Part shown: positions 1-10,887 of the stretch, in pieces
Layout of the letters: each line of letters starts with the position of its first letter
Numbering within the stretch: the stretch's first letter is position 1
From: Mantamonas sphyraenae STR306
Lineage: Eukaryota > Protista > CRuMs
Assembly (NCBI GenBank): GCA_026936335.1
Contig: JAPMXV010000019.1
Coordinates: 214,373-278,372 of the forward strand
DNA: 64,000 nucleotides
Direction of reading: 5' to 3'
The notes under the pieces: model-generated
What the model was told of the DNA's origin: nothing
Database searches by the model: none
The model's input: only the letters and a program-made list of their open reading frames with translations
Program-made: the position numbers and the translations under genes

Positions 1-77
1 GCGCATTGAGTCTGACACCGAAACCCCCTTCCCCGTGCCCCATTCTCATTCATCCCCATGCTCCCAACTGCACACAG

Positions 78-2012
78 ATCTCGCGCGTCGGCTCCTCCGC
101 CGCCCCGTCCGCTGTCGGTGCCTCTCGTGGCTATGCCACGCAGGACCAGTCGGGTGTACGTTGCGTTTTCGTTTGGCTTTTCGGCCCGCGAAAGGATTTC
201 CTCCGAAACCCTCTTGGCGCACGTGCGCCTGCAGTAGGCTGCCTGTGCATGTGTACAGCGTCATGCTCGTGCACTCCTGCTCTGGGGCCGCAGAGTACCA
301 GCCATACAATTTCCCTGCAAGCTTGGTACTTCCCTGCTGCCGCCCGGCCTCTGCCACACACGCAAAAAGCTGACGCCCCAACTGTTCGGCGCTTTTTCCT
401 GCGCAGCTGCTGGACCGCATGATGGAGCTGGTGCCCGAGAAGCAGGCCGAGGTGATTGACACCAAGAAGAAGTACGGCAGCGAGATTCTCGGCACGTGCA
501 CCGTTGACCAGGTATGTTGCAAACGGCGCAAAAGGTGTCCTCCGCTTCCGTCACGGTTTTCCATCCACTGCGCCCTCGCCACTGTGCCCATGTGCTGACC
601 CCTTTGGTGTGCCCTTTTGGTTGCCCCCCACGAATTGTCCTTTGTACCTACTGCTCGCTGCGTGCGTGGCACCCGTCATCCCAACCACAGGCGTACGGAG
701 GCATCCGCGACGTCTCGTGCATGGTCACCGAGACCTCTCTGCTGGACCCAGAGGAGGTAGGTCTCCACACATGCCCACAGACACAGGCTGTGCACAGACG
801 ATGATCACACCACTCACACACACACGCACACACTCACATGTGACTCATTTCCTACCCTGCGCGCACTTGCCTCAGGGCATCCGCTTCCGAGGCCTGTCCA
901 TCCCCGAGTGCCAGGAGCAGCTGCCCAAGGCTGAGGGAGGTGAGGAGCCGCTGGCCGAGTCGCTGCTGTGGCTGCTGTTCACGGGCGAGGTGCCCACCAC
1001 GGAGCAGGTGCGTGCTCTGAGCGCTGAGCTGGAGAGCCGCGCACAGATTCCGGAGCACGTGAGCCAGGTGCTGGCCAACATGAAGAACTGCCACCCGATG
1101 TCGCAGTTCATTGCCGGTGTGACCGCAGCCAACTCGGACTCGCTGTTTGCCAAGGCCTACCGTGAGGGCATCAACAAGAAGGAGTACTGGAAGGTTGCGT
1201 TTGAGGACTCGCTCAACGTGATTGCCCGCGTGCCCGTCATCGCCGCACAGATCTACCAGAACACGTACCGCGACGGAGTGCTGCCCGAGGCCCCCAAGGG
1301 TGGCGACTACGACATGGGCAAGGCCTTTGCCACGCAGCTGGGCTTTGGTGACAACCACGACTTTGTCGAGCTCATGCGCCTGTACCTGGTGATCCACTCG
1401 GACCACGAGGGAGGCAACGTGTCTGCACACACCACCCACCTGGTTGGCTCCGCCCTGTCCGACCCCTACCTGTCGCTGGCCGGCGGTCTGGCTGGTCTGG
1501 CTGGACCCCTGCACGGCCTGGCCAACCAGGAGGTGCTGCGCTGGCTGCTCCACGTGCGCGAGGAGACCGGCAACCGCGACCTGACCAAGGAGGAGCTCAC
1601 GCAGTACTGCTGGGACACCCTCAACTCAGGCAAGGTCATCCCGGGTTTCGGCCACGCTGTGCTTCGCAAGACCGACCCGCGTTACATGTGCCAGCGTGAG
1701 TTTGCCCAGAAGCATCTGCCGGACGACCCCATGTTCAAGCTGGTGTCTGACCTGTACGAGGTTGTGCCCAAGGTCCTCACCGAGCAGGGCAAGACCAAGA
1801 ACCCCTGGCCCAACGTCGATGCCCACTCGGGTGTCCTCCTCCAATACTACAACCTCAACGAGTTTGACTACTACACCGTCATGTTTGGCGTCTCCCGCGC
1901 CCTCGGTGTGCTCCCGTCGCTCGTCTGGGACCGCGCCCTGGGCCTGCCCATCGAGCGCCCCAAGAGCGTCACCACCGAGTGGATCCGCGCCAACTTTGGC
2001 AACGAGCAGTGA
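78..2012 (+). CDS. CS: Mitochondrial citrate synthase, 5' end outside the window; visible exons 78-155, 407-511, 691-756, 876-2012
   Basis: Spliced protein reads [13 protein letters not shown]...[22 protein letters not shown]|[13 protein letters not shown] and has the catalytic motifs [38 protein letters not shown] and PNVDAHSG. Donors are GTACGT/GTATGT/GTAGGT and acceptors are CAG. The first visible exon looks like a transit peptide. Confidence 0.97.
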
Positions 2013-2156
2013 GCGACCGCACGCCCTGCTGCTTGTGTGTGATAGAGTGAGTGAGTCAGTGAGTGTGTGTGTGTGTGTGCGTGCGTGGGTGGCATGCCAA
2101 GACCGCATGGGATCCGACAAACAAAACGGCTGTATTCATCTCAATTTTCAGCTCAA

Positions 2157-3215
2157 TTAATTTGTTTTCCAGCTGCCTCCACCTCGCTGTGTGCGTACCC
2201 ACAGCACAACGACTGCGAGCAGCACGGGTAGCGTGATGGCCACGGCGCCCGTAGTGCCTAGTTGGCCAAACAGGCCGCTGGGCTTTTGCTGTGCGGGGTT
2301 TCGCACCACCGAGCGAACGTGGCCTCGCTGACAGACGTAGGGCACGCGGCGAGAGCACAGATCCAGACGCACAGTGCCGTCTTGGTCGATGAGTGCACAC
2401 TGGTTGGGTTTGTTGCGATTCAGCTTGCTGTTGGGCCCCGGTGCAGCCGCGTCCTTCTCGTCCACGTCGCTGGCCAGCAGACGCGCCACCTCAGAGGTGG
2501 GCTCCAGCAAGCCACGCTCCTCATCGCTCCAACGAAGGCGCACGTCACCCATGGTGTTGTGCAGGCCGAGCCAGGTGGGGCCGCCGGCGGTGATGTTTGC
2601 GCGCACCGCTTCGACGTCAGCCAACGAGTCCACGCCAGAGAGCAGATGGCCACCGGATGCAAGACAGGCAGCCTCGGCGCGGTCCCAGGCAGCGATTTGC
2701 TTTCCATCGCCGCCGTAGTATCGGAACATGACCCCCTTCTGGAGGGTGGTGTCCCAGTCGGCGACGCTTGCCGAGTCGTAGTGGGCTCGTTTGTCCTGCA
2801 CATACTCCACAAGCGCCTCCTTGGTGCGTGCACCCGTGTACACGTCGCCCTCGCTACTTCCACCGGCAAAGAACTTGATGGTTGGGTAGCCACGGACGCC
2901 CTCGGCGTCACACAGCGAACCGTGAGTCACGCAGTTAACCTCGGCAATCACCACAGCCGCGTCTCGGGCAAAGTGCTCCGCCACCTCTTTGTATGTCGGT
3001 GCCAATGCCTGGCAATGGCCACACCACGGGGCAAAGAATTTGACCAGAGTGTCGTGCTCCTTGCTGCTCACAGTGCTTGCAAACACAGACGGATCCAAGT
3101 CCACAACGTCGTTGGCGTCGGCATGCACCGTGGGAACCAGCAGCAACGATGCCACACACACACACGCCATCATGATGGCCATTACCATCCTTGTGCTGCC
3201 AAACAGCGGCGACAT
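2157..3215 (-). CDS. Type I membrane protein: signal peptide, PDI-type thioredoxin domain, C-type-lectin-like domain, C-terminal TM
   Basis: FFAPWCGHC and GVRGYPTIKFF mark a PDI a-domain. WDRAEAACLASGGHL...WLGL...WSD...C...C....YVCQ matches the CTLD pattern. There is a hydrophobic N-terminus and a TM segment (AVAITLPVLLAVVVLWV). ATG at 3215 is preferred over the TTG start in the ORF track. Confidence 0.85.
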   Translation of the reverse strand: MSPLFGSTRMVMAIMMACVCVASLLLVPTVHADANDVVDLDPSVFASTVSSKEHDTLVKFFAPWCGHCQALAPTYKEVAEHFARDAAVVIAEVNCVTHGSLCDAEGVRGYPTIKFFAGGSSEGDVYTGARTKEALVEYVQDKRAHYDSASVADWDTTLQKGVMFRYYGGDGKQIAAWDRAEAACLASGGHLLSGVDSLADVEAVRANITAGGPTWLGLHNTMGDVRLRWSDEERGLLEPTSEVARLLASDVDEKDAAAPGPNSKLNRNKPNQCALIDQDGTVRLDLCSRRVPYVCQRGHVRSVVRNPAQQKPSGLFGQLGTTGAVAITLPVLLAVVVLWVRTQRGGGSWKTN

Positions 3216-3278
3216 GTCCTGTGCCTGTGCTCTGTGTGGGATTGCTGGCACTCGCGCACCCAACGCAAGCAAAGATTC

Positions 3279-6200
3279 ATGCTCAGACGCAACGGATCGT
3301 CCCCGGCCAGGCGCGCAAGTGCATCGTTGTCATCGTACGACATGCGTGGCTCACCGGCGGATGTGCGGCTGTTTTCGTACGAGGCCGAAGACCGTCTGGT
3401 GGCGGAGGCGGAGCGGGAGCAGGACGCCCACCGCCGCTCGTGGCAGGATGGTGAGGCGATGACACAGGAGGAGACGGGCACGAGTCCCCCGTCTCCAAAT
3501 GCATCGGTGGTATCCTTGTCAGACAAGTATGCGGCGCTGTCCGAGTCGCTGCGTGCGTCGCCGTGGAAGGTGACGAGTGCCAACGATTCGCTACGTGTGT
3601 ACGACCGTGTGGGCCAAGAGAGCGCTCGCAGAGACCAGGGAGCTGGCATGGAATCGAGTTGGTCGGGTAGCCACAGCATGGAGGGTCGCACGTCGTCACA
3701 GGGCCACGCGTCGTCGTCAGCCGGGCGGAGGCAGTTGCGGATGAGCGAACTTGGCGCGCAACGAAGCGGACGACAAGCAAGCGGGAACGGCAGCTGCAAG
3801 CGGACGTGGAACGGCTGCAACGCGCATACGACGACACAAACAACAAGCTGACGCGTAGCTACAACACCATTCGACAGCTGCGTGGCGAGGTGCAACGCGT
3901 CCAGGGCAAGGAGCGCAGCGGGGGGAACGCTGGCGCCCAGGCTGAGCTAGCTGTGACGGGCACACAGACAGATGCGGGCGGAGAGGAAGTGGGACTGGAC
4001 ACACAGGGCCAAGTGCAACAGAAACGGCTTCTGGAGCGAATGAGGCGTGAACTGGCGGACCTGCACGGGTATGTGGAGGTGTTGGAGGAGCAGCGGTCGA
4101 GCAGCAACGCAAACATTGCGGCGTATCGCGAGGCGACCGAGTTGCTGCAGGCTGAAGAGGCTGAACACTACGAGCAGTTGGTGGCGTTGGATGCCAAGGT
4201 GGGTGAGATGGAGGAGGAGAGGACGCGGTTGCGTGAACTGTACGAGGCGGAACGGGAAAAGACGGCCGTGCTGAGGGAGCACCTGGTGCACCTGAAGAGG
4301 TCGGAGAACGAGCTGAATGAGCAGGTGAGCACACTGCATCACAGCATGGATCTGGTGAGTGAACGCAGCCGCGCAAAGGACAACGAGTTGCAGGATATCG
4401 CAAAGCCACACAGACGGTGGCCATGCTGGAAGGCCAGGTGCGCGATGTCAGCGGCCAATTGGTGCAGGCACGGCAGGAGCTGGCGTGGACAGTGAATCAG
4501 CTGAAGCAAAGCCGCGCGGCGCTGGCAGACACAAAAGAGGCGTTGTTTGAGCGCGACGTGGCCAGCCAAAGGCACTTGGGTCAGATGACAGAGCAGAGGG
4601 ATGCGTACCGTGGCGAGGTGCAGGAGCTGCGTGTGCGTTGCAACACGCTGCAGATGAAGTTGGACGATGCGTTGGCGTCGTACAGTAGCCACCTGAACAG
4701 CCAGCAGCAGAGCTTGGAAGAGGTGGATGCTGCTCGGCGAGCGTACGAACAGAGCAACGGGGCACTGGACAAGAACAACGCACTGCTTTCGCTGCAACTG
4801 GAGCAGACGAGACATGAGCTGCAGCAGGTGAGCATGCAGCTTGCGCAGGCAAACGAAGAGCAGGGGCGAGCGCGCACGAGTGCAGCGGAGGAGGTGAACA
4901 AGCTGGAGCAGGAGGTGCAGGAGCAGAAGCACAAGAATGCGCTGCTGTTGGCACGAAAGAATGAGCTGGAGCGAGAAGTGGAGTCGAGCAGGGTGCAGGC
5001 CGCGGCCATGGAGCACAGGATTGGTGCGCTGGAGAAGCTGGTTGTGGAGAAGGAAAGGGAGATGAAACAGGTGCGTGATCAGTATCAGGGGATGCTGAGC
5101 AACAGCGGAGAGGAAAACAGGGAGCTGCGGGAGAGCGCAGCACGGAGCGTGGTGCTGGAAGAGCAACTGAACATGACGAGCGCCGAGCAAGCACGACTGA
5201 CGGCGGAATTGGCAACGGCACAAACGCAGCTGCAGTACCAACAGAACGAAAACGAACTGCTGAGCAGCTCGTTGCGACTGACCAAGTCGCAGCTGAAGAG
5301 TGTGAGCGAACGCGACGCGGCGGTGGAAACGAAGCTGGCATCGATGAACGAGTCACGCATACAGGAGCACAGTGTGATGCGGCAGATGGAGTCGCAGATT
5401 CGCGAGCTGAAGAGCAGCATGGTTGCTGTGGAGGAGGCGCACAGGAGGGAGAAGGAGGAGTTGGTGCGGCAATTGACGAGCGGCAAGGAGGATGCCAAGG
5501 AGGAGGCTGTGGAAGTGCAGGCAGTGGCTGCCAGCGTGCACAGTGCCATGATGAGCGAGGCAGTGCAGGCAGAGATTGAACGGCTGCGGCAGTCGATTGT
5601 GGAGGAGCGAGAGTTGTTGGCAAAGGAGCCGCAACGAGCGGAGGAAGACACAGAGTGGCAGGGCGGCAACCGAATGGCCTCGGCACAAATCGACGAGGTG
5701 GTTGCACTGAAGGCACACGTTCAGCTTCTGGAACAGCAGCTGGAGCAGAAGGAGGAGCTGATGGGCAGGGAACGGGACAGGATGGAGGCCAAGCTGAGCG
5801 AATTTGTGGCGATCTCGGACGACGTGGCGCGCAAGCGGCACCAGAACGATGCAGCGATGCAAAACAAGATCTACGAGGTGATGTCGCAGCTTGTGAGTGT
5901 AGCCAGGCAGCACAAACACTATCGCCTGGTGTTGAAACAGGCGTCTGCGGCAAAGCAGGTTCTGGAGGAGGTGTTGGAGGAGGTTGGAGCAGGAGATGAT
6001 GAAGAAGAAGGCAGCGGGCTGAGAGAGGAAGTACAGGCGTGCATCGACAAACTGGAGACGCTGCTGGAGACGAATCAGTGGTCGACCATCAGCAGGGAGA
6101 GCAAAGACGAAGCACTGGCCATCCTGGCGTCGGGAGAGTCGCAGGTGCTGCAAGTTGCGCTGGAAGCGGAGAATGCACGGCTAAAGGAGGATCTGCGGAC

Positions 6201-6552
6201 GCAAAAGGCCATGTCGGAGCTGCTGCGGCAATTGGCCAATGTGCGTGTGGCGGGCAAGGCGATGCAAGTGCAGCACAGGGTGCGTGAGGAAGAGGAGGAG
6301 CAGGGAGGAGAAGAGGAATTGCAAAGGAGTCTGGCGAGTAGTCTGGCGAGCAGTGGAGGGTCGTCGGGAGGTCTGAGTGGTGGCGGTGGCGGGCGCAGTA
6401 GCAACCGGTTGCTGGGTTCACCAGGGTCTCCGACGCTGGCGTCGTTGATGAACCGCAGGGCGGTGGCTGATGGAAGCAGTGCAGAGAGGCGGCATTCGAG
6501 TTCGATGATGTCGCTGCGGGATTTGACGCTGTCGCCGAGCAGCGTGGATTGA
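3279..6552 (+). CDS. Long coiled-coil protein (~1,090 aa), split by two 1-nt frame breaks (~3780, ~4400)
   Basis: ORFs 2262-3851, 3806-4495 and 4417-6552 join into one continuous E/Q/L/R heptad-rich protein if one base is added at each break. The termini are Ser-rich and disordered. Confidence 0.75.
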
Positions 6553-6582
6553 GGCAGAAGAAAGGCTTTCGTTTCCTTCCGA

Positions 6583-8475
6583 ATGTTTGTGCGGCAGACG
6601 GGATTGGGGCCTGGGGTGGCCAAGGGTAGGGTGTGGCAATCAGTGCGTGGGTATGCGACGGATCTGTCCGAGTTTACGATTGACAAGGTGCGCAACTATG
6701 CGATTGTGGCGCACGTTGATCACGGCAAGTCGACGCTGGCGTCCAAATTGCTCGAGAGGACCGGGGCCATTGCCACGGTGAGCGAGGGCACGGCGTCACA
6801 AGTGTTGGACAATCTACAGGTGGAACAAGAGCGAGGGATCACGGTCAAGGCGCAAACGGCGTCGATTGTGTACGAGGGCCACCTGCTGAACTTGATTGAC
6901 ACGCCTGGGCACGTGGACTTTGCGTACGAAGTGGACAGGTCTCTGGAAGCGTGCCAAGGGGTGCTGTTGCTCGTGGATGCGGCCAAGGGAATCCAGGCAC
7001 AGACGGTGCAGACGTTCTTTTCGGCGTTTGCCAAGGACCTGGCGGTGATTCCCGTGTTGAACAAGGTGGACCTGCCGACAGCGGACGTGCCCAGCGTGCT
7101 GGCGTCGCTGGAGAGTGCGTTTGACATTGATCCGTCGACGGTGCTGCAAATCTCTGCGAAAACAGGTCTGGGTGTGGACTCTGTGCTGCCTGCGATTGTG
7201 GAGCGCATTCCGGCGCCGCAGGGGGAGGTGGGGGGTCTGCCGCGTGCACTGCTGTTTGACTCGTGGTACGACCCGTACCGAGGGGTCATTTGTCTGGTAA
7301 AGATGGTGGATGGGGTGTTGAAGCAGGGGGAGACCATCGAGACGGTTCACAACGGGCGGCGGTACGAACTGCTGGAGGTGGGGATCATGGCACCGCAGCG
7401 GCAGCCCGTGAATACTCTGTACACAGGGCAGGTGGGCTATGTGATCACGGGCATGAAGAGTGTGCGAGACGCGCTGGTTGGGGACACAGTGTGTCTTGCG
7501 TCGAAACGGGACGAGGTGCACGTGTTGCCTGGATTCAAGAAGCCAAAGCCGTTGGTGTACGCTGGCATCTATCCGCTGGACACGAGCGAGTTTCCGGCGT
7601 TGGCGACGGCCATGGAGAAGCTGTGTTTGCATGACAGCAGCGTGTCTGTGTCCAAGGAGTCGAGCTCTCTGGGAATGGGCTTTCGGTGCGGTTTCCTTGG
7701 ACTGCTGCACATGGATGTGTACCGACAGCGGCTGGAACAGGAGTATGACATGGAGGTGCTTGTGACGCAGCCCAGCGTGACGTACCAGGCAGTGCTGAAG
7801 AACGGGCGCGAGGCACCGGCGCAGGAGATCACGTCGCCGGCGGACTTTCCAGAGTCGAGCGAGGTGGCAGAGTACCGCGAACCGATGGTGGAGGTGACCA
7901 TCAACACGCCGCTGGAACACATGGGAGCCATCATGCAAATGATTGTGAAGCGAAGGGGCAAGGACATGGACATGAGCACGCAAGTGATGTCGACAAAGGA
8001 CGCGATTCTGACGTGCAGGCTGCCGTTGGCAGAGTTGATCAGCGACTTTTTCGACCAGCTGAAATCCATCACAAGCGGGTATGGGTCGTTGAGCTACGAG
8101 GAAGCGGGCTTTGAGGCGAGCAAGCTTTGCAAGCTGGACATCCAGCTGAACGGGGAGGTTGTGGATGCGCTGACGAGCATTGTACATACGTCTCAGGCGC
8201 AGTATGTGGGGCGGCAGGTTGCGAAGCAGCTGAAGGAGGTGATTCCAAGGCAGCAGTTCCAGATCGCCATTCAGGCGTGCGTGGGATCCAAGGTCCTTGC
8301 ACGGGAGACGATCAAGGCGTACAGGAAGGATGTGACGGCCAAGTTGTACGGAGGAGACGTGACGCGCAAACAGAAGCTGCTGGCGAAGCAGAAGAAGGGC
8401 AAGAAGCGGATGAAGCAGATTGGCAAGGTGGAGATTCCGCACGAGGCCTTTGTGGCAGTGCGATCCAAGGGATGA
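6583..8475 (+). CDS. GUF1: Mitochondrial translation factor GUF1 (LepA/EF-4)
   Basis: AHVDHGKSTL, ERGITVKAQ, DTPGHVDF, NKVD, GFRCGFLGLLHM and the LepA C-terminal RKDVTAKLYGGDVTRKQKLL. The N-terminus looks like a transit peptide. Confidence 0.97.
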   Translation: MFVRQTGLGPGVAKGRVWQSVRGYATDLSEFTIDKVRNYAIVAHVDHGKSTLASKLLERTGAIATVSEGTASQVLDNLQVEQERGITVKAQTASIVYEGHLLNLIDTPGHVDFAYEVDRSLEACQGVLLLVDAAKGIQAQTVQTFFSAFAKDLAVIPVLNKVDLPTADVPSVLASLESAFDIDPSTVLQISAKTGLGVDSVLPAIVERIPAPQGEVGGLPRALLFDSWYDPYRGVICLVKMVDGVLKQGETIETVHNGRRYELLEVGIMAPQRQPVNTLYTGQVGYVITGMKSVRDALVGDTVCLASKRDEVHVLPGFKKPKPLVYAGIYPLDTSEFPALATAMEKLCLHDSSVSVSKESSSLGMGFRCGFLGLLHMDVYRQRLEQEYDMEVLVTQPSVTYQAVLKNGREAPAQEITSPADFPESSEVAEYREPMVEVTINTPLEHMGAIMQMIVKRRGKDMDMSTQVMSTKDAILTCRLPLAELISDFFDQLKSITSGYGSLSYEEAGFEASKLCKLDIQLNGEVVDALTSIVHTSQAQYVGRQVAKQLKEVIPRQQFQIAIQACVGSKVLARETIKAYRKDVTAKLYGGDVTRKQKLLAKQKKGKKRMKQIGKVEIPHEAFVAVRSKG

Positions 8476-8616
8476 GGGATGAGGTTCGCAGAAAAAATGT
8501 ACATTGGAGGAAGGGCGTGGCTGAATCCACCCATCAATGGAGGCCGTCGTGGTCAAAGTTCCAGCCGTCGGGATCGACGAGGGTGGAGTAGCAGCCGCGG
8601 CTGTCCTGGTCTGCGT

Positions 8617-9649
8617 TCATGCAGCAGCTCCACACGGGAGCGTCTTCAATGGACGAGTGTTCCCACACGCCAGTGTGTTTCCAGATGCGAAACTTGCGGG
8701 AGCGCTGGACGCCAATCTTCTTGTGGAAGCGGCGCAGCTCTTGTTGTGCTCGGCGCGAGCGACTCGCATCTCTTCCTCCTGCTCCTTCTGGGCCTTGATT
8801 TGGAGGAGCTCGCGGCGAGACTTGTCTTCGCCGTGCATGTTTGCGTAGAGCTTGAGCTGGTGGTTGAGTTCAGCCTTTTCCTTGCGCTGCTGTTCGACGC
8901 GCTCCTTTTCGATCTGCTTGACGGTGTGGCGCTTGCGCGTCAAAGCGAGGGTCTTTTTGCGTTGGGAGCGCTTCATGGATTGTTGGAGTCTGCGGGAGGG
9001 GGAGGGGGGGAACGAGTGAGCAATCCGACCGTTTTCCAGTGGGCGAGTGTTTTCGGGTGCACAACGCACTGCTTGTCAAAGGTGTCCCGTTCAGAGGAGT
9101 GGACAAAGGTGGAGGCGTTCCAGCTGGGCTTGTCCTCGAGGTCTGGGTGGTTGGGCATCTCCTTGCGGGAGGCAGAGGCGTGGTTGGGCAAGTCCTCGGA
9201 CGGGCCCTTGACCAAAAGGTCTGGCTGGAAGGCAGAGGTGGAGGTGGAGGAGGTGGAGGTCGTGTTGGAGGCCGAGAGGGTGCGTGTGTCAAACTGAAAC
9301 TTGTGTGTTTTGCGCTGGATCTGTTTGCTGTCCTGGCCAGGGAGCTTCTCGGCACGGAAGTTGTAGTTGAGCTTGACCGAGTCAAACTCGCTGAGGGTGC
9401 GCTTCATGGACGGGTCTGGGAAGCGAGAGCCCGTGTCGACACTGGTGTTCCAGGCGGGCGTCCCTCGCCCATGAGACGCTGCTTCACAAACTGCTGCTGA
9501 GCCTTTTTGCCCTGCTTGCCGCGTTGGGTCATGTCGGCATCGCCAAAGACGCGTTCGCCTGCACTAAAGTCGAGACGCTGTGTGTGTGTAGATCCCGGCT
9601 TGAACGCATGGCGAGAGTAGGTCTGCGGGTCGGCCAGACGCTTGGACAT
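8617..9649 (-). CDS. Hypothetical basic protein (~317 aa); intron 8990-9069; one 1-nt frame break near 9460
   Basis: A GTGCGT donor and CCCGCAG acceptor join ORF 8973-9407 to ORF 8617-9069 in frame (KQ|LQQSMKR). The upstream ORF MSKRLADPQ joins by adding one base. A P-x-W-N-x-S motif occurs twice (PAWNTS, PSWNAS). Confidence 0.6.
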
Positions 9650-9728
9650 GGTGGTGGGTTGTTTGCTTGGGGACGACGGAGCCCGAAGCGGTGCAACTCT
9701 GTTTGTGTGTGTGTGTGCCTGTGCTCGC

Positions 9729-10862
9729 ATGGCTGTGTACGTGGCGGCAGCGGTGTATGCGCTGGTGCACGTGTTTGGAGAGAACAGCGAGTATGAGGGG
9801 GAAGAGGAGGAAGAGGTGGAGGAGGAGCAGGGTGAAGGGCAAGAGGCTGGAGGGTCGACCGCTGGGGACGGGACGGCCAAGGGAGGTGAAGAGGGCGGCC
9901 TCAAGTCACCGAGCAAGCCGATCTTGAAGAACTGGGATGCGTCGAGCATGAGCAGCATGAGCTTGGAGATTGGGAAGAAGGGAGAGGAGGGTGGAGAGGG
10001 CGGGTTGGAGGATGTGGAGCAAGAGGGCGGGCCGTTGGTGTTGGTGGGACCCAATGGGACGGGCAGACGAGAGGAAAAGGAAGCACCGCGAACGATGCTG
10101 TCGCTGGTGGAGCGTAGCGAGCTGGGAGACACGGCGGATGAGGGCCTGGTGGAGGTGGAGCGGTTCTTGGACGAAACGCGTTGGCAATGTCTGTGCAGGC
10201 CGCACTACACGGCAGGGAGCGGGCTAGCGTGCATTGTAAGTGTGTGGAACTTTCTGTACTCGACAGAGGGCCACGGGTTCCACCAGCCGTTGAGCCAGGA
10301 AGAAGCGCTGTTGATGCTTGGGTTCACGCCGCCTCTGGACGACCTGGACCTGCGTCAACACAGCAGCAACCAGACTGTGATGCACTGGTTTGATCGGTTG
10401 AACGTGCAGTACGGTGTAGAGGGCACGGCGCGGATGTTTTGGAAGAAACGTGGGTTGTGGCGGACGACGGTCGGGAGCGACGAGGTGCGGCGGAAGCTGA
10501 AGCAGGGGTTGCGCGAAGCCAACACGGCGTTTGTGTACCACTGTGAAGACCACTACCTGGTGCCGATTGGATACGAGGTGTCGCCGATCAGTCCGCACGA
10601 CAGCACGCGCAAGTCGCTGCCACACAATTCGACGACGACGTGGGTGGTGCTCGGGGACTCGGCCAAGGAGAGGGCACCGTTACGCAGTGTGCGCTTCAGT
10701 GTGATTGAGCGAGATTTGTCGTGCGAGAACCCCGAGTACTTTGATGTGCGACACCCGTGGCGGGGCATCCAGACGCGCAGCGAGGGCCGTGCGTCGAATA
10801 TGGGATCGAACGTGCATTGTGTGATGGTGTTTGCAGCCGCTGGGCAGCATGGGGATGTCTGA
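9729..10862 (+). CDS. BIVM: BIVM-like (basic immunoglobulin-like variable motif-containing) protein
   Basis: RWQCLCRPHY...SVWNFLYST...SQEEALLMLGF.PP, YHCEDHYLVPIGYE, NPEYFDVRH and NVHCVMVF follow the BIVM conserved domain as I recall it. The start codon is uncertain. Confidence 0.85.
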   Translation: MAVYVAAAVYALVHVFGENSEYEGEEEEEVEEEQGEGQEAGGSTAGDGTAKGGEEGGLKSPSKPILKNWDASSMSSMSLEIGKKGEEGGEGGLEDVEQEGGPLVLVGPNGTGRREEKEAPRTMLSLVERSELGDTADEGLVEVERFLDETRWQCLCRPHYTAGSGLACIVSVWNFLYSTEGHGFHQPLSQEEALLMLGFTPPLDDLDLRQHSSNQTVMHWFDRLNVQYGVEGTARMFWKKRGLWRTTVGSDEVRRKLKQGLREANTAFVYHCEDHYLVPIGYEVSPISPHDSTRKSLPHNSTTTWVVLGDSAKERAPLRSVRFSVIERDLSCENPEYFDVRHPWRGIQTRSEGRASNMGSNVHCVMVFAAAGQHGDV

Positions 10863-10887
10863 GGGATTTGGGGATTTTCTAGTTCAA

